Source of the DNA: Felis catus
Lineage: Eukaryota
Direction of reading: 5' to 3'
NCBI RefSeq assembly: GCF_018350175.1
Contig: NC_058368.1
Coordinates: 63,056,001 to 63,120,000 of the forward strand
Length of the DNA: 64,000 bases
Shown: positions 51,356 through 64,000 of the stretch, one piece after another
Position numbering within the stretch: the stretch's first letter is position 1
Layout: each line of letters begins with the position of its first letter
Translations under genes and position numbers: made by a program
Notes under the pieces: model-generated
The model's database searches: none
The model's input: the letters and a program-made list of their open reading frames with translations, nothing else
What the model was told of the DNA's origin: nothing

Positions 51356-54300
51356 CAATAGTATTTTTCCAATTGATTGTTTTAGCATTGTATGGTCACA
51401 GTCCAAGAAGTTTATCTTAACCACAGTTCAACTTGAACATTTCAAGATTCAAGCTAACTAATTTTAAATCCAATAGTTTATGGAAAAAAAAACACACTCC
51501 CCACACACATTCCTGGGAATCTAATTCACAGAGGTCAGAAATCACGGACTTGATGTCATTTCCTAGGCAAACCTCTGATGCCATGGGTGGATGCATATCT
51601 CCTCTCAAAGTACATTTTTGTCTGCAAAGTATTAACTAAATAATACATTTCAGTCTCCCTTCACTATTTTTGGGAAGAGGCAGCATATTGAAATAAAAAA
51701 ATTATCTAAGTCAGAGACCCAATGCCATGAATGTGTACTCTCAGCCTAACCCTGTGTTTAGTCCTAATACAACTAAATTGTATGCCTACCTTATCAACAC
51801 CAATATGAATTCTATCACTTAACTCTATTTGTCCAAATTAAAAGAGTTGAAACTTTCAGATGAATTCACTGATATTTAAATTAAATCAGACCTCAGAATA
51901 CATTTCATTAGGGCACTTTTCACTTTGAGACCAATCTCTAACACCAGAATGAAAGATGTCTTAAAATTGTCCTTGTATCTTCTCACTGTACCATAGCCAC
52001 ATCTCCATAATTATTTATATGGACATGGAACCATTAGTTCATCCCAATCCAGAAATCATCCTATTTTTGCACTTCAGGGTAAGAAACTAATAAATTTCTA
52101 TATTGTTTGTGCCAGTTGGAAACCTATTTTCCCTGATATTAAGCCAAAAAATATCCTAACTGATCCATAGATTTCCTCCCAAAGAATAATCGTTATATCC
52201 AAAAACATGTGGTGTGGGCTAGATAGGAAGAAGTAAGCACTTGGAACTATAAACTGGCCGTAGGTAGGAAGAGTTGACTACACCTGATGAACTGAGGTCC
52301 AACTCAGTAGGAAGAATACAGACAACAGATGGTAAGGCAAGTAAACATTTGGCCTCCTGACTACTCAACACAAAGTAATGAAGGTGCCTCTACAGGCAGT
52401 ACTCTGAAACTCAGCGGAGCAAATGATAAATCTGTCGCAATGTTATGTCCCAGCTACAGAGCCAGTGTTTAGGAAGAATTATCCAAATCTTAGAAGGGAA
52501 GGCATATTAGAGCAGAACAGAAATTCAGCCTTAGATAGACTCTGCTACAGGTTAGATGTCCAAAACAGGACTTGGACACTGGAAATAACAGAGGAAGAAA
52601 GAGAGGGAGAGAGAGACTTGGTATGAACAAAAAGGAAAACTGTTAAAATGTGGACAGATTTGGGGTAGGAGTTCATGTAGTAGGAAAACTGACTTGCTCT
52701 TGAGTTACCTTATTAAATCCTTGACTAGAGGCAGGTTCGGTCTCAGAACCTAGAATAAGGCAGAGGGAGTACATTGATGAGATAAAGCCTCTCTTCAGTA
52801 GAAAGGTAGGAATTCAGAAAAGAGAATCTGGCATGTCCTAAAATGATGGCAGAGTCATCTGGAAAGCTCCTGATTCCTTCATGGTAATGAGCAAGTTATG
52901 ACCTTAACAAGTTAACATGTGGAACTTGCCCCACTTTGACTTTTCACAGGCCTGTGTAGTTAATACTAACATTTCAATTTAATCCCACAACTGATCACCT
53001 AGAAGGGTTGGCCCCAAAGACACCTTAACATTTAAGAAGTAAATTGAATCATAAAGAAGTACCCAAAAGACATTGGGGATGATCTGTAAATGAGAACAGA
53101 AGTCATTCCTCCTATTTTTTCTACATTTGCTGAGCTTCTACTTAACACATTCTAAGAGAAGCAAAGTATATGAACCACAACTAAAACTAGTAATAGAAAA
53201 AAAGTCTGCATTTGCACTAACTTCATCATAGGCCACCACGCTGTGAGGAAGATAAGACACATATGACTATCATTGTTTAAAATGCTCAAATTAATCTCTT
53301 TTGTATGAATTTTGCATTAATATCAGACCATTTGAAATTCAGTTCTCTCTCAGGGTTGTTTCTCTCACCTTTTCCCTACTTCCTAACATGGCATCTTGAT
53401 TCAAGAGAAAACCAGGTCACAGCTCATTGATTTAGTCTTTGCTTATCTTATGTACCTCGCATGGTTTCCTGGTCACAAATTCAGAGGCTGGTGAAACACA
53501 TGGATGTTGTGTTAACACTGGCAGTATATGATTATAGCTTCTGGAATTATAGTTATGTTCCTTCCATTGGCTCCATATCTATATTTGTAAGTACTACACA
53601 TCTCTGATTCTTGGACACAAGCTCCATATGTTGCTTCAGTTAAGACATTGGTTTTGTAACTCCATATTCAGAGTCGCCTCATCCCTCAAAATGGCAGCTT
53701 CATGAGAGGCATGAAATCTGTCATCTTTGCTCCCTTGTGTATAAGAACTTCTAGATCGATTATATATCAATGCAAGTCAAGGTGGTGGTGTTATTTCTGG
53801 CTTTTCCACTTAAACATCAGCCACCACCAATGCCAAGATACACCCTGCGTAGTTAAACAGAATATGTTTTGACCATGATTGGTCATCAGATCCAGAACAT
53901 ACATTGCTGTCCTTTTGGGGTCTCTACCCCATTGCTTTAGTTTGCTAAGAAGCTTAGAGGTATAGGATATGAGAATTCCTCAATATCGTGTTTTTAGTCC
54001 TCTCAACTCTATGGCTTAACTGCAAACAAAAATTCAAATTTCTAAGCTTTCCGCTGATACCCACACATGCTTGGTTTAGGGGAGGATGGTTAAGTTATCT
54101 TTATATTGACTGAAAAGACACTACAGACTTGCCACCTTTTGTCTCTTCGCATTTTTTTTTTTTCTATCAATCTCTAACCTCTTCAAGGTAGTGAAATCTA
54201 ATTTGGTACCTTTAGAGAAAAAAGGAGGGAAAAATAGAGGAAAAAGGTGATTCATATATTTTTAAATGTTTTTGATTAGTTAAGTGCACTTATGATATTC

Positions 54301-55156
54301 CTCAGCCCAATAAGCTTATTAAATTATAAACCACTTCTCTCATCAAATTTACTATTAAACATTTGACAAATAGTGTAGTTTTGTGCCTTTAACTGGGCTG
54401 TTGATCACTTTCTCACACATGAAATTCCTTTATCTACTAATTTTACTTTTTCTCTCTGGTCATTTCTTGTTCTGAGGGATTTTCATTTTCAAACAGCACA
54501 TCTCAAAGCCTGAGTTTCAAAATTGTGTGTTACCATTAAGAGCCACAACTGGAAGTTCAAATGCAATAAGTCAAGACCATAATGAATGTATCAACAGTGA
54601 TAGAATATTATTTAAATGCTTTATTTTTTTATCATATTAATATCTATACCTAGTTTTAAAAATGGTATTGCAAGGCTTATACAGAAAAATATCCATCTTG
54701 TACACTCCCACTCAACTCACTCTAAATCCTGTTCTCCAGTATCTATCATTTTCCACTTGTTTAACCATCCATATTGTTTTCCTCCCTATTTCTCTAAAAA
54801 CTGCTCATTGAAGCTATGTCTGGGATTTTCAAGTTTGTCGTGTACTATTACAAATTGTTAACAGTCATATCCACCCTCCATGTTATAAAAGAAAATTAAA
54901 TGGCTCTCTTGCTAGCACCATTGTTGCTTGGGGTTTCCATTACTTGCAGTCAAAAGCCATCTTAAGTGATGCATGATGAGAACACTATTTAGGAAATTTC
55001 ATCTCCTGCTTCACCCAAGTAACTACCCATATTCTTTAAAACTTAGGTCTGGAGTTCTCTTTTCCTGTGAAGTCTATTGCTGTTACCTGCCTCCCACAAC
55101 ACCATATGAATATCTTTATCATTGCTTTCATTTCATATGTTAAAATGTCAGCCACT

Positions 55157-55378
55157 GGGGCGCCTGGGTGGCTTGGTAGGTTAAGCGTCCGACTTCGGCT
55201 CAGGTCATGATCTCGTGGTCCGTGAGTTCGAGCCCCGCGTCGGGCTCTGTGCTGACAGCTCAGAGCCTGGAGCTTGTTTCAGATTCTGTGTCTCCCTCTC
55301 TCTCTCTGCCCCTCCCCTGTTCATGCTCTGTCTCTCTCTGTCTCAAAAATAAATAAAAACGTTAAAAAAATTTAAAAA
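55157..55378 (+). mobile_element. SINEC (SINEC_Fc2-type), CpG-rich
   Basis: Perfect TSD aaaatgtcagccact (55142-55156 / 55379-55393). Confidence 0.97.
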
Positions 55379-55789
55379 AAAATGTCAGCCACTTATCTGT
55401 CTTTCCTAAGAGACTATAAGTACTAAATAGTGTATTAAAGTTTAAGTAAACTTTTTTATAATTTATGGGTAACTATGGAAGATTTTAGAACTCATTCAAT
55501 ACACATTTACTGAGTTGGATTTTTTATAATTCCCAGTTTCAGTATTTGTTAATCTTTCATACCTCAAACTACTTGATAGGTGCTTCACACTTCTATTATA
55601 AATAGCAACTCACCACAGCAAGAGTCTCAGAGAAATTGGTAGTGGGGAGAAGGCATTCTATTTAGGACTTACCACAATTTTGAAGGAGAAAGAAAGGTAC
55701 ATACACAGTTTGGAACTTCGTCTCTCTAGATGATTCTGAATGCACCCCCAAAAACCTACACCAGATGATAGTCACTATTCTAAATATCT

Positions 55790-56300
55790 CCACAAAAGAT
55801 AATAAGGTGTTGAATCTCAAATTTATCTGTCTATAAAAGTTCTCTTAGCTGAACTGAAATCATGCTGGGTGTCTCCAATTAGACTCTCATGCACTTCAAA
55901 CCTTCAATTTCCAAAACTACTTTTTATACTCTGCTTTTCCTTGAAATACTATCTTTGTTAGAAGAACCATAATTAGTCACTCTGCTCAGAACCTTAACAA
56001 TTATGCTTGAACTTCTGTCTCCATTATCCCCTATACACAAAATGTTAAATTCTGGTTTAATCCAATTTTCTAAGGCCCTCACCAATCTACTAAGTCCTCT
56101 CCAGTCCCTTCTGAAGGCCTTGGCTGAGGCCATGTGAGGTTCCTATCTGAATTCTTAGCCTTCTGACTGCTTCTGGTTTTGTTCAGTTCTACAGTGCTGT
56201 CAGTGTGAACTTTCTGTAATGAAAGTCTGATCATACCACTTTCCTGCTCAAAAGTCTTTGAAGACACTTGGGATAATACATAATAAATCTTCTTAGTTTC
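55790..56300 (+). mobile_element. L2 relic
   Basis: 'gcacttcaaaccttcaatttccaaaac', 'aagtctgatcataccacttcctgctcaaaa'. Confidence 0.6.
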
Positions 56301-57957
56301 AACTCTGACTCACATTCCAAGGCATTATCTCAAGTCAATCTGATAGAGGTGATTCAACGCAAGATGTCAACTCATGAACACTATTTAAATTTGCCTAGAC
56401 AGATGGTTTCTCATTGTGGAAAGAAAAATATATCATCCCCAAAAGTGACTGTGGTTCAGCAATGTGAATAATGCTGAATCCCAGAAAAGCTTGGATTTCC
56501 ACCATGGAGCTTCCTTACTGCTTCTTGGCAAGCTAGCCAACTCTCATGCCAAGGCTGTGCATGGTCATAAGCAAAAAGGTTGGGTGTTGACAACCCAGGT
56601 TGGGCTTCACCTTTATCAAAGGTGAATAATTCCAGCTTTTTCTCCAAAGGTTTTTGTCTCTCAGCTTTATCTCAAGGCAACCCTCCCCTGCCTGCCACCA
56701 TGGTGAAATGAAGCTCACTCCCCTTCCACTCCCTTCTCCAATCCCCACTATAGCAAAATGCTGTAAAACTTAAGCTCATGACCTAAAAGACCTGACAGCC
56801 TTCTGGCAGGAGTAGAGCGGGGGAACGAATAACGGGAAAGACTGAATGCCTGGTTGTCCCAAATTATCCATGCATTTACATAAAGTCATCCTACCTTAAG
56901 ACAGGAGTGAGGGTGAAGGATTTTTTGAGTCTAGGAAATCTCTGTTACCATTTTCTACAGTCTTAGTACTGACACAGGCTGTCAATTCACACTTCCAGAA
57001 GTTTCCACTTATGCAGCCATGAATCCCACAGTTTCTATGGATTTCCTACGGTTGCTATGATTGACAACTATACCCAGAGAACAACAGGATGTGCGGTACT
57101 CACAAACTCATTGGAGTTACCAAATACACTAAAAATCATCAGTCTAAACTAGATTTTTTTTCAAAACATTTTGAAATAAGCTTCGACACTCTGGGTCTTT
57201 GTTTTTGACATACAATGAAACATGATAATCATTTAATTTGACTACTGCTATGTTCACTGCATTACCTTTTTTCCTCTTTCACCTTCGCTACATTATTCTC
57301 AGTCCCTCTGGCTTCTACATATTTCTTCCCTTTATCTTCTATTAATGATTCATTTTTTTCAGCAGCAGCTTTTCTTTTCATAATAATTGAGCTTTGGGCA
57401 AAAATTCACCATCACTCTTAACCCTTGAAACAGGTTTTCTTTTGCATCATTTGCTGTTCAAATTTAATGATAGCAAGTATTTTTAGTGTTCTATTATAAA
57501 TTTCATCCCCCCCCCAAAAAAAGAAACTTTCCAAATGTTATAAGTAAACAAATGAGTATTACATAAAAGATTTATTTGGCCTACTCTCAATTTGAGTTTT
57601 CATAATTATTTCCTACATGTTATAAATGTCTTCATTTTATCCTTAGGTCACATCTGGTTTTCTTAATTTAGGGAAAACATTAAAACATCTGAAGTGAAGA
57701 AGCAGGATATCTGAGAGTATAATTCTTGCCTCTAAATTCTTAGGAGCATTTCGCTGTTTGCCATTTGTCAAATTCAGGAAAAAACTCAGGTTTTGAATGA
57801 AAAAAAAAAACTAATTATTTTAACCCAGACTAATTTCCTACAAAGAAATATAGTTGATCTTTGAAAAAAAAATGGGTTTAAACTATACAGGTCCACTTAT
57901 AAATGGATTTTTTTCAGTCAGTACAGTATTGCAAATATGTTTTCCTTATGATTTTTT

Positions 57958-58022
57958 AAATTAAGTTTTTATATTCCAATAAAGTTAACATACAGTGTTA
58001 CATTAGTTTCCAGTAATTCAAC
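57958..58022 (-). mobile_element. Very short older carnivore L1 3' tail
   Basis: 'atattccaataaagttaacatacagtgttacattagtttc..aattcaac'. Confidence 0.65.
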
Positions 58023-58034
58023 CCCTATGATTTT

Positions 58035-59010
58035 TTTTTATTTTGGAGTATGGACATTTATTTTAATTAATTTTTTAACATAATTTATTGTCAAATTGGC
58101 TAACATACAGTGTGTAAATTGTGCTCTTGGTTTTTGGGGTAGATTCCTTTGGTTCATCTCTTACATACAACACCCAGTGCTCATCCCAACAAGTGCCCTC
58201 CTCAATGCCCATCACCCATTTTTCCCCTCTCACCCACCCCCATCAGCCCTCAGTTTGTTCTCTGTATTTAGGAGTCTTATGGTTTGCCTCCCTCTCTTTC
58301 TGTTTATAACTATTTTTCCCCTTTCCTTCACCCATGGTCTTTTGTTAAGTTTCTTAAGATCCACAGATGAGTGAAAACATATGATAATCTGTCTTTCTCT
58401 GACTGGCTTATTTCACTTAGCATAATACCTTCCAGTTTCATCCACATTACTGCAAATGGCATGATTTCATTCTTTCTCATTGCCAAGTAGTATTCCATTG
58501 TACATATAAACCACATCTTCTTTATCCATTCCTCAGTTAATAGACATTTAGATTCTTTCCATAATTTGGCTATTGTTGAAAGTGCTGCTATAAACATTGG
58601 GGTACATGTGCCCCTACAAAACAACACTCTTGTATCCTTTGGATAAATTCCTAGTAGTGCTATTGCTGGGTCTTAAGGGAGTTCTATTTTTAATTTTTTG
58701 AGGAACTTCCCCAAGTAATTATTCATTACTCTTTTCCAGAGCGGCTGCACCAGTTGGCCTTCCCACCAACAGTGCAAGAGGGTTCCTGTTTCTCCACATC
58801 CTCGCCAGCATCTGTTGTTTCTTGAGTTGTTAATTTTAGCCACTCTGACCTGTGTGAGATGGTATCTCAGTATAGTTTTGATTTGTATTTCTCTGATGAT
58901 GAATGACGTTGAGCATCTTTTCACGTGTCTGTTGGCTATCAGGATGTCTTCTTTGGAAAAGTGTCTATTCATGTCTTCTGCCCATTTGTTCACTGGATTA
59001 TTTGTTTTTC
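58035..59010 (-). mobile_element. 5'-truncated felid L1 (about 1 kb)
   Basis: ORF2 C-terminus ([36 protein letters not shown]) and felid 3'UTR. Confidence 0.95.
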
Positions 59011-62000
59011 CACACCCTTATGATTTTCTTAACAGCAGTTTCTTTTCTCTAGCTTGCATTATTGTAATAATACAGTATATAATACATATAACATTAAAAA
59101 TATGTGTTAATCAACTGTTTATGTAATCAGTACTGCTTCTAGTAAACAATAGGCTATTAGCGATTAAATTTTGGCTGAGTCAAAAGTTATGTGCATTTTC
59201 AACTGCATGGGGCAGGGTCAGTTTCCCTAACCTCTATGTTGTTCAAGGTTCAAAGGTATAGCAGTGTCCTTAACTTGGAATCCATGGATGGACTTCAGGA
59301 TTTCAGTGAATCCTCTAAAATTATGTCCAAAAAATGTGTGAATACTCATATGCAATTGTTATTCTTAAAATGATAGTTGATAAATTCCAGAGGATTCTCT
59401 AATGTGCTTTTTTACAACGGGTATTAGCACCGAAATCTGTAATACGAGATAAACACATGGGAAGGATAGTATTATGTTAGATAAGTATAAATATCCTTTT
59501 AAACTTGGGTTTAGAATATCTTTTCTTTGACAATATTAACATATATCTTTACAAAGACTTTTCTTTAAAATACTACTGGAAAATGACATCATAATTTCCA
59601 TATCAAAGTCTAAATGGATTTGGACAGATTCATTGTTTAAACTCACTTATGCTGAGAAAACAGTTATAAAAATCATGTCTTCAAAAAAGTTGTGAAGCTC
59701 ATTGTTGAAAATTCACACTAATGACCCAGTAAGGGTCTGATGGCTCTCATTGTGAATTATTCATTTTTTCATGTTCACGATATTTAAAGTGATATATATT
59801 TTAAATAGCATATATCATTTTATATGTTGATGAATTTTGATAAGCTTATTTCCATTCTGATCAACACACTGCAGATTTGTCAGGACAGACTATTTTTCTC
59901 AACAGATATAAGCCTAAAACTTTAAGTGACTTCTATTCATAATCACCAAGTAAGTAATATGGAGCTTAGTCTCATAGCAAGGTTTTCTAAAATCAAGTCT
60001 AGTCCTTTTTTTTTGCGTATAACCACTCTGCCTTCTTGAACAAAGGTAAAGTATCTCTTTGTATTATTGCCTCAGGAGATACAATTCCTAATACTTCTTA
60101 AGAGGGCTGCTCAAAATAGAGAAACACCATTATAAGGTATCATAATGCAATGAAATTATGTTAACTTTCCAAGTAATGATCTTATATTCAACATATATAC
60201 ACATATATACACATACTTATACATACACACAGTTTTGATAGGGGATTTAAAAATATGTATACTTACATCCTTTCATAGAATTTTTGCATGCACTCTGGCC
60301 TTATGGTGAACTAGGAACACTGCCTTGATGATTATTTATTGTGCCAAGTTGCAACCTAATGGTGTGCCATGGAACTATTAGGAACTCTTTGCCCCCCACA
60401 GCAAATGTCTGCAGACTGAGTGACAGTTGTTGACTTTATCTCCTCCCTTCTCCTTCTCAACGCCAGGTGCTGAATCTTTATGCTTTGCTTCATCTTCTCA
60501 TTTTCTCCTATTTGCCTGCCTCACCCTCCCAATGTTTTTCAAATAGCCTATTAGCTGTTAACTAGAGAGAACCCAGATAACTAAACTTGTTATCTCAGTT
60601 AACTTAATTTCATGTGTTTAGACCTCTTTTTCCTGGAGACTTGGTCAAGGTCATGAGCGATCATTAGACATGGTTTTTTATACAATTCCTATTGAGGGCT
60701 GATTCCATCTGTGAGGCATTATTATAACTCTGTATCATACATAGTTTGGGAAATGTCACCAGTAGGAAAGGTGACAGAGGACAACATAGCCCAGATTACC
60801 TTTTCCATGCTAAATGGAATTGATTTTTCTCCATCTTCCTCTGCACAGACCTCATACATTCTTTTGATTATAGTAAAAATGAATAAAATATACATATTAC
60901 TCCTTTCCCTTTGATAAAATTTGGAAATGTTGCTGACAGGAAAACCTAGGAAGGCATTTCATTCCAGCTTACCTTCTATTAGTATTTCTTAGAAAGGGAG
61001 GTTGGTAATATCCAGGGTCTCTCTATTGGTTTGCAAGGTGATTCCTGTAGTATATTGTTTATATTTTGATAGAACATATTTTATTTGAGACAGGAAGAAA
61101 TATTTAAATTATGTCAATTTCTTTTTGTTCTGTTCCCATGTTATATATACATGACAGACAGATGGAAACCATAATACATATTTATTGTTTTAAAAACAAA
61201 ATCTACATGAGAAACAGTACGCATTTCTTTTTCAATTTTTTTACCCTTCTGAAAATATTGTGATTATCAAAAGCATGCAAACTATTTTTCTTCTATCAAA
61301 ATGTTTGACAAATACACTTAAAACAGTATGTTATTGTTCAATATATGTCAAAGAAAACCCTCAGTTAACTTCTCACCATTCACTTTAATGAGCATTAAAG
61401 GTGCTAAAACAGAAGGCCTGTTCTGCCTGAGCATAGTTTAGGCTGAATTTCACATTTGAAGGAACCACAAATCTTGAAAGAAATAAACATATTTGTTATG
61501 CAGTTATTTGTTTCTGTTGCCTCTAGATCTGAAGTTTCTCAGATTTGCAGCTCTTCTGAAGCAACAGTGAATTTCAGTAGGCACATGCCAATAATGGGTC
61601 GTTTGTAAGCCCTCTTGAGATGAAGTCCAGAGATCACAATTCCAAAGAAGATAGTCTTTAGCCAATCCCTTCCTGCCTCTTGGGTGATATCAGGTACTAA
61701 GCTGAGAGCACAGACCTTAGCAGCTATAGCAAATAAGCAGCCAGTAACCGCCAGAACCCCTGGTAGGAGGATATTAAGCAGCTAACACAGGCCACTGAGG
61801 GAAACATTTGCCCTAGGGCATGGCCTATGCCTTGTAATATGTCACAATTTTCCTTTGGTTTTAATACACAGTACCCTACTGTGCCACATAGTAGCCTGAG
61901 GCAAAAGGAAAGGTCAATACTGATCACATCTTTATTTAAAATTTTTATAGTTCATCCCTTTTTACATTTTGCAGTACTTTATGTATTTTTTTAAATACTT

Positions 62001-64000
62001 CTTTTCTTATTGCTTAAGGTTTTTTTTTTATTTTTTATTTTTTTTGGTGCCCCTTAAGTTTTGCATCCGAGGCAAGTACCTCACTGTATCTGTTGACTGA
62101 CTATTCATCCGGTATCTCTTGGGTGAAGCCTACAAATCCATATTTTTACAAAAAATGTTAGAGTGTTGTCCATGGACTCTTATATCAGAACTTAGAGAAT
62201 AACTTCCCCCTAGACCCATCCTTATGTTAATAAGAGAGCTCCTTCTACAGAGTTACCAAGTCTCCTTGTGTACATCTTTCAGAGCTTAAATTAATAAGAA
62301 TGGAGTAGATTTGTAGTAAACATATATCAACCTTGTTATTTGTGGTTTTTCTTCTTTTCCTATGGAAGCTAGACAAGTGGGATTCAAAACAGTTTCGAAA
62401 GAAGTCCCCAAATTTTTGTTGCATTTTTTTTCAATCTCTTTGCTGAGACTTTCCAACTACCCTTTCTTTTAGTTTGAAATACTTATAAACCTGAAGAATC
62501 CACAGGTGAAGTGGAAAGAAACCTTAACACTTTGCTATTAGCATAATGTAGGTATGAAGTATACACAGTCAAAATATGGTATTTGAAAACACTCTATTAT
62601 GTACTTTTTCATTTAAAAATATTTATTAAATATTTATTGCATATGCATTCTTAGATGAGATTACAAATGAAGAAAAAATATTTTAGGAAATAATTTAAGC
62701 CAAGGTCTGGTAATATTGCTTGAAAACTAAACCCACAGGAACATAAAATATTTATTAATTCAAAACCAAGTTAGGTAATCTAAAATTCCTAAGGCTTCAT
62801 GGGATTTCATTAATGCATGGAAAATTTGGCTGTAAATCCATTATTTCCAATATATAACTACAGGTAACATTACAAGTCACAAGACTGACATGCATAACCA
62901 ATGCAAAACCAAAAAAGTTTCATATCACAAACTTTAAAAATCATTTGGAAGTTTGCCCAGCACAGTAGACTGGAACAAATCAGAAGATTTTGGCTAACAG
63001 TGGGTAAGGTTAACAAAACATGAAATACAGAGGTGCAGATTTAAACATCAGAGCTTTTATCTCTCACACTTTTACATTAAAAATGAAACATCAGGACTTG
63101 ATTATCGGTTGAACCAGAAATTCTCATGCTCCCATTGTCCTGGAATAGCACTAATTCTGAAGACTTTGGGAAATCTGAAAGTTACCCAAATCTCTGGAAA
63201 TTTTAAGAAAGCTGTGAGCTGAAGAAATATTATTACAGCAGCGATTAACAAAACCCTGGATATTGAGTCGTCTGTGTCTCCTCCTCTCTCACCCCCCAAG
63301 GAAAACCACATCTGATAAAGGCATAGGCGGGAGATGGTGACAGCTATCAGTCCAGGTGGATTCATTTAACCTGGAGCCAATACTTGTCAAATCCCTCCTG
63401 TGTTCTGAGAACTGTGCTGACAATCAAATTAGATCCACAGGTAGATCCTCAATATCTAACTCTCCAAAGTTTCAATGTCCTTCTTTTATGCACCTGGCCT
63501 AGTCAAGTTCAGAATAACCAACTATTGGGATCAGGTTGGTTGGATTCCGGACAGAGGGCTAAGGGCGTCTTTTTTCCACAATTGAAAGTATACACTCCCT
63601 GGTGTTAAAGCAAGATTAAGACTGATGAAATAGGCAGAACCAAACCCTCCACATCATTAATTTTCACCGGAATGACTTATTAATACCAGTAGATTAATTT
63701 GTATAGTCTGTGCTACGGATTTGCAACACAGTTCCTTCTCAGAAATATAAAGTATTGTGTTTCTCTTCTCAAGATCAATCCTGTTATTCCTTTGCTCTAG
63801 CTGCTGTCTATTCTCATTCTACACACTATATAACAGGAAGGGCATATCTACTGCAGGGTTCTCCATAACTGTAGGCTGATCATGCTCCCTCAAAAATATC
63901 TCCAACACAAAAATTTACTCTTGAATTCTAGAGTTTTATTTATGTTGATGCCTAACCTTGACCTAGAAATCAGAGCCATCCCTAAAATCCAAAATTGAAT

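Larger units (their letters stand above)
57851..59258. mobile_element. Tigger2a-type (TcMar) non-autonomous DNA transposon, split by two L1 insertions
   Basis: Degenerate TIRs 'tagttgatctttgaa..gggtttaaact..ggtccactta' and 'tgttgttcaaggttcaa'; body resumes at about 59016. Confidence 0.8.

Noticed and set aside
52284..52314. Hammerhead-ribozyme-like CTGATGA followed by hairpin actgag-gtccaa-ctcagt
   Set aside because: Stem is followed by AGGAAG rather than GAAA, and I could not build stems I and III with an NUH cleavage triplet
63155..63199. Imperfect 45-nt hairpin, pre-miRNA-like
   Set aside because: Too short and mismatched; more likely chance or a decayed palindromic transposon
1..64000. 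CRISPR arrays, operons, true tRNA/rRNA genes or a novel multi-gene system
   Set aside because: Mammalian non-coding DNA; tRNA-like boxes belong to SINEC heads and direct repeats are TSDs, not spacer arrays

Overview
AT-rich, almost entirely non-coding mammalian DNA from a felid (cat family), identified by 16 carnivore tRNA-derived SINEC elements (5 of the young SINEC_Fc type) and felid/carnivore L1 copies. No intact protein-coding gene is supported; the ORFs that match a recognisable protein are broken L1 ORF2 fragments, and the rest are SINE/microsatellite read-throughs or chance. Main content: a very decayed LTR-retroelement pol relic (RNase H-integrase) at the left edge; solo LTRs (MLT1 x2, MLT2, LTR40-like); DNA transposon fossils (MER58, a Tigger2-type element split by two same-site L1 insertions); a 3.7 kb 5'-truncated dead L1; two 5'-inverted L1s; L2/MIR relics; and a 3'-truncated tailless U4 snRNA retropseudogene. 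Candidate functional non-repeat elements: a CpG-retaining promoter-like segment with a Z-DNA-prone tract and NRF1 site (13.7-14.9 kb), a 66-nt candidate cassette exon (41808-41873) and a CTCF-like motif. I found no evidence of a new multi-gene system. Repeat subfamily names come from remembered consensus sequences and need RepeatMasker/Dfam confirmation.
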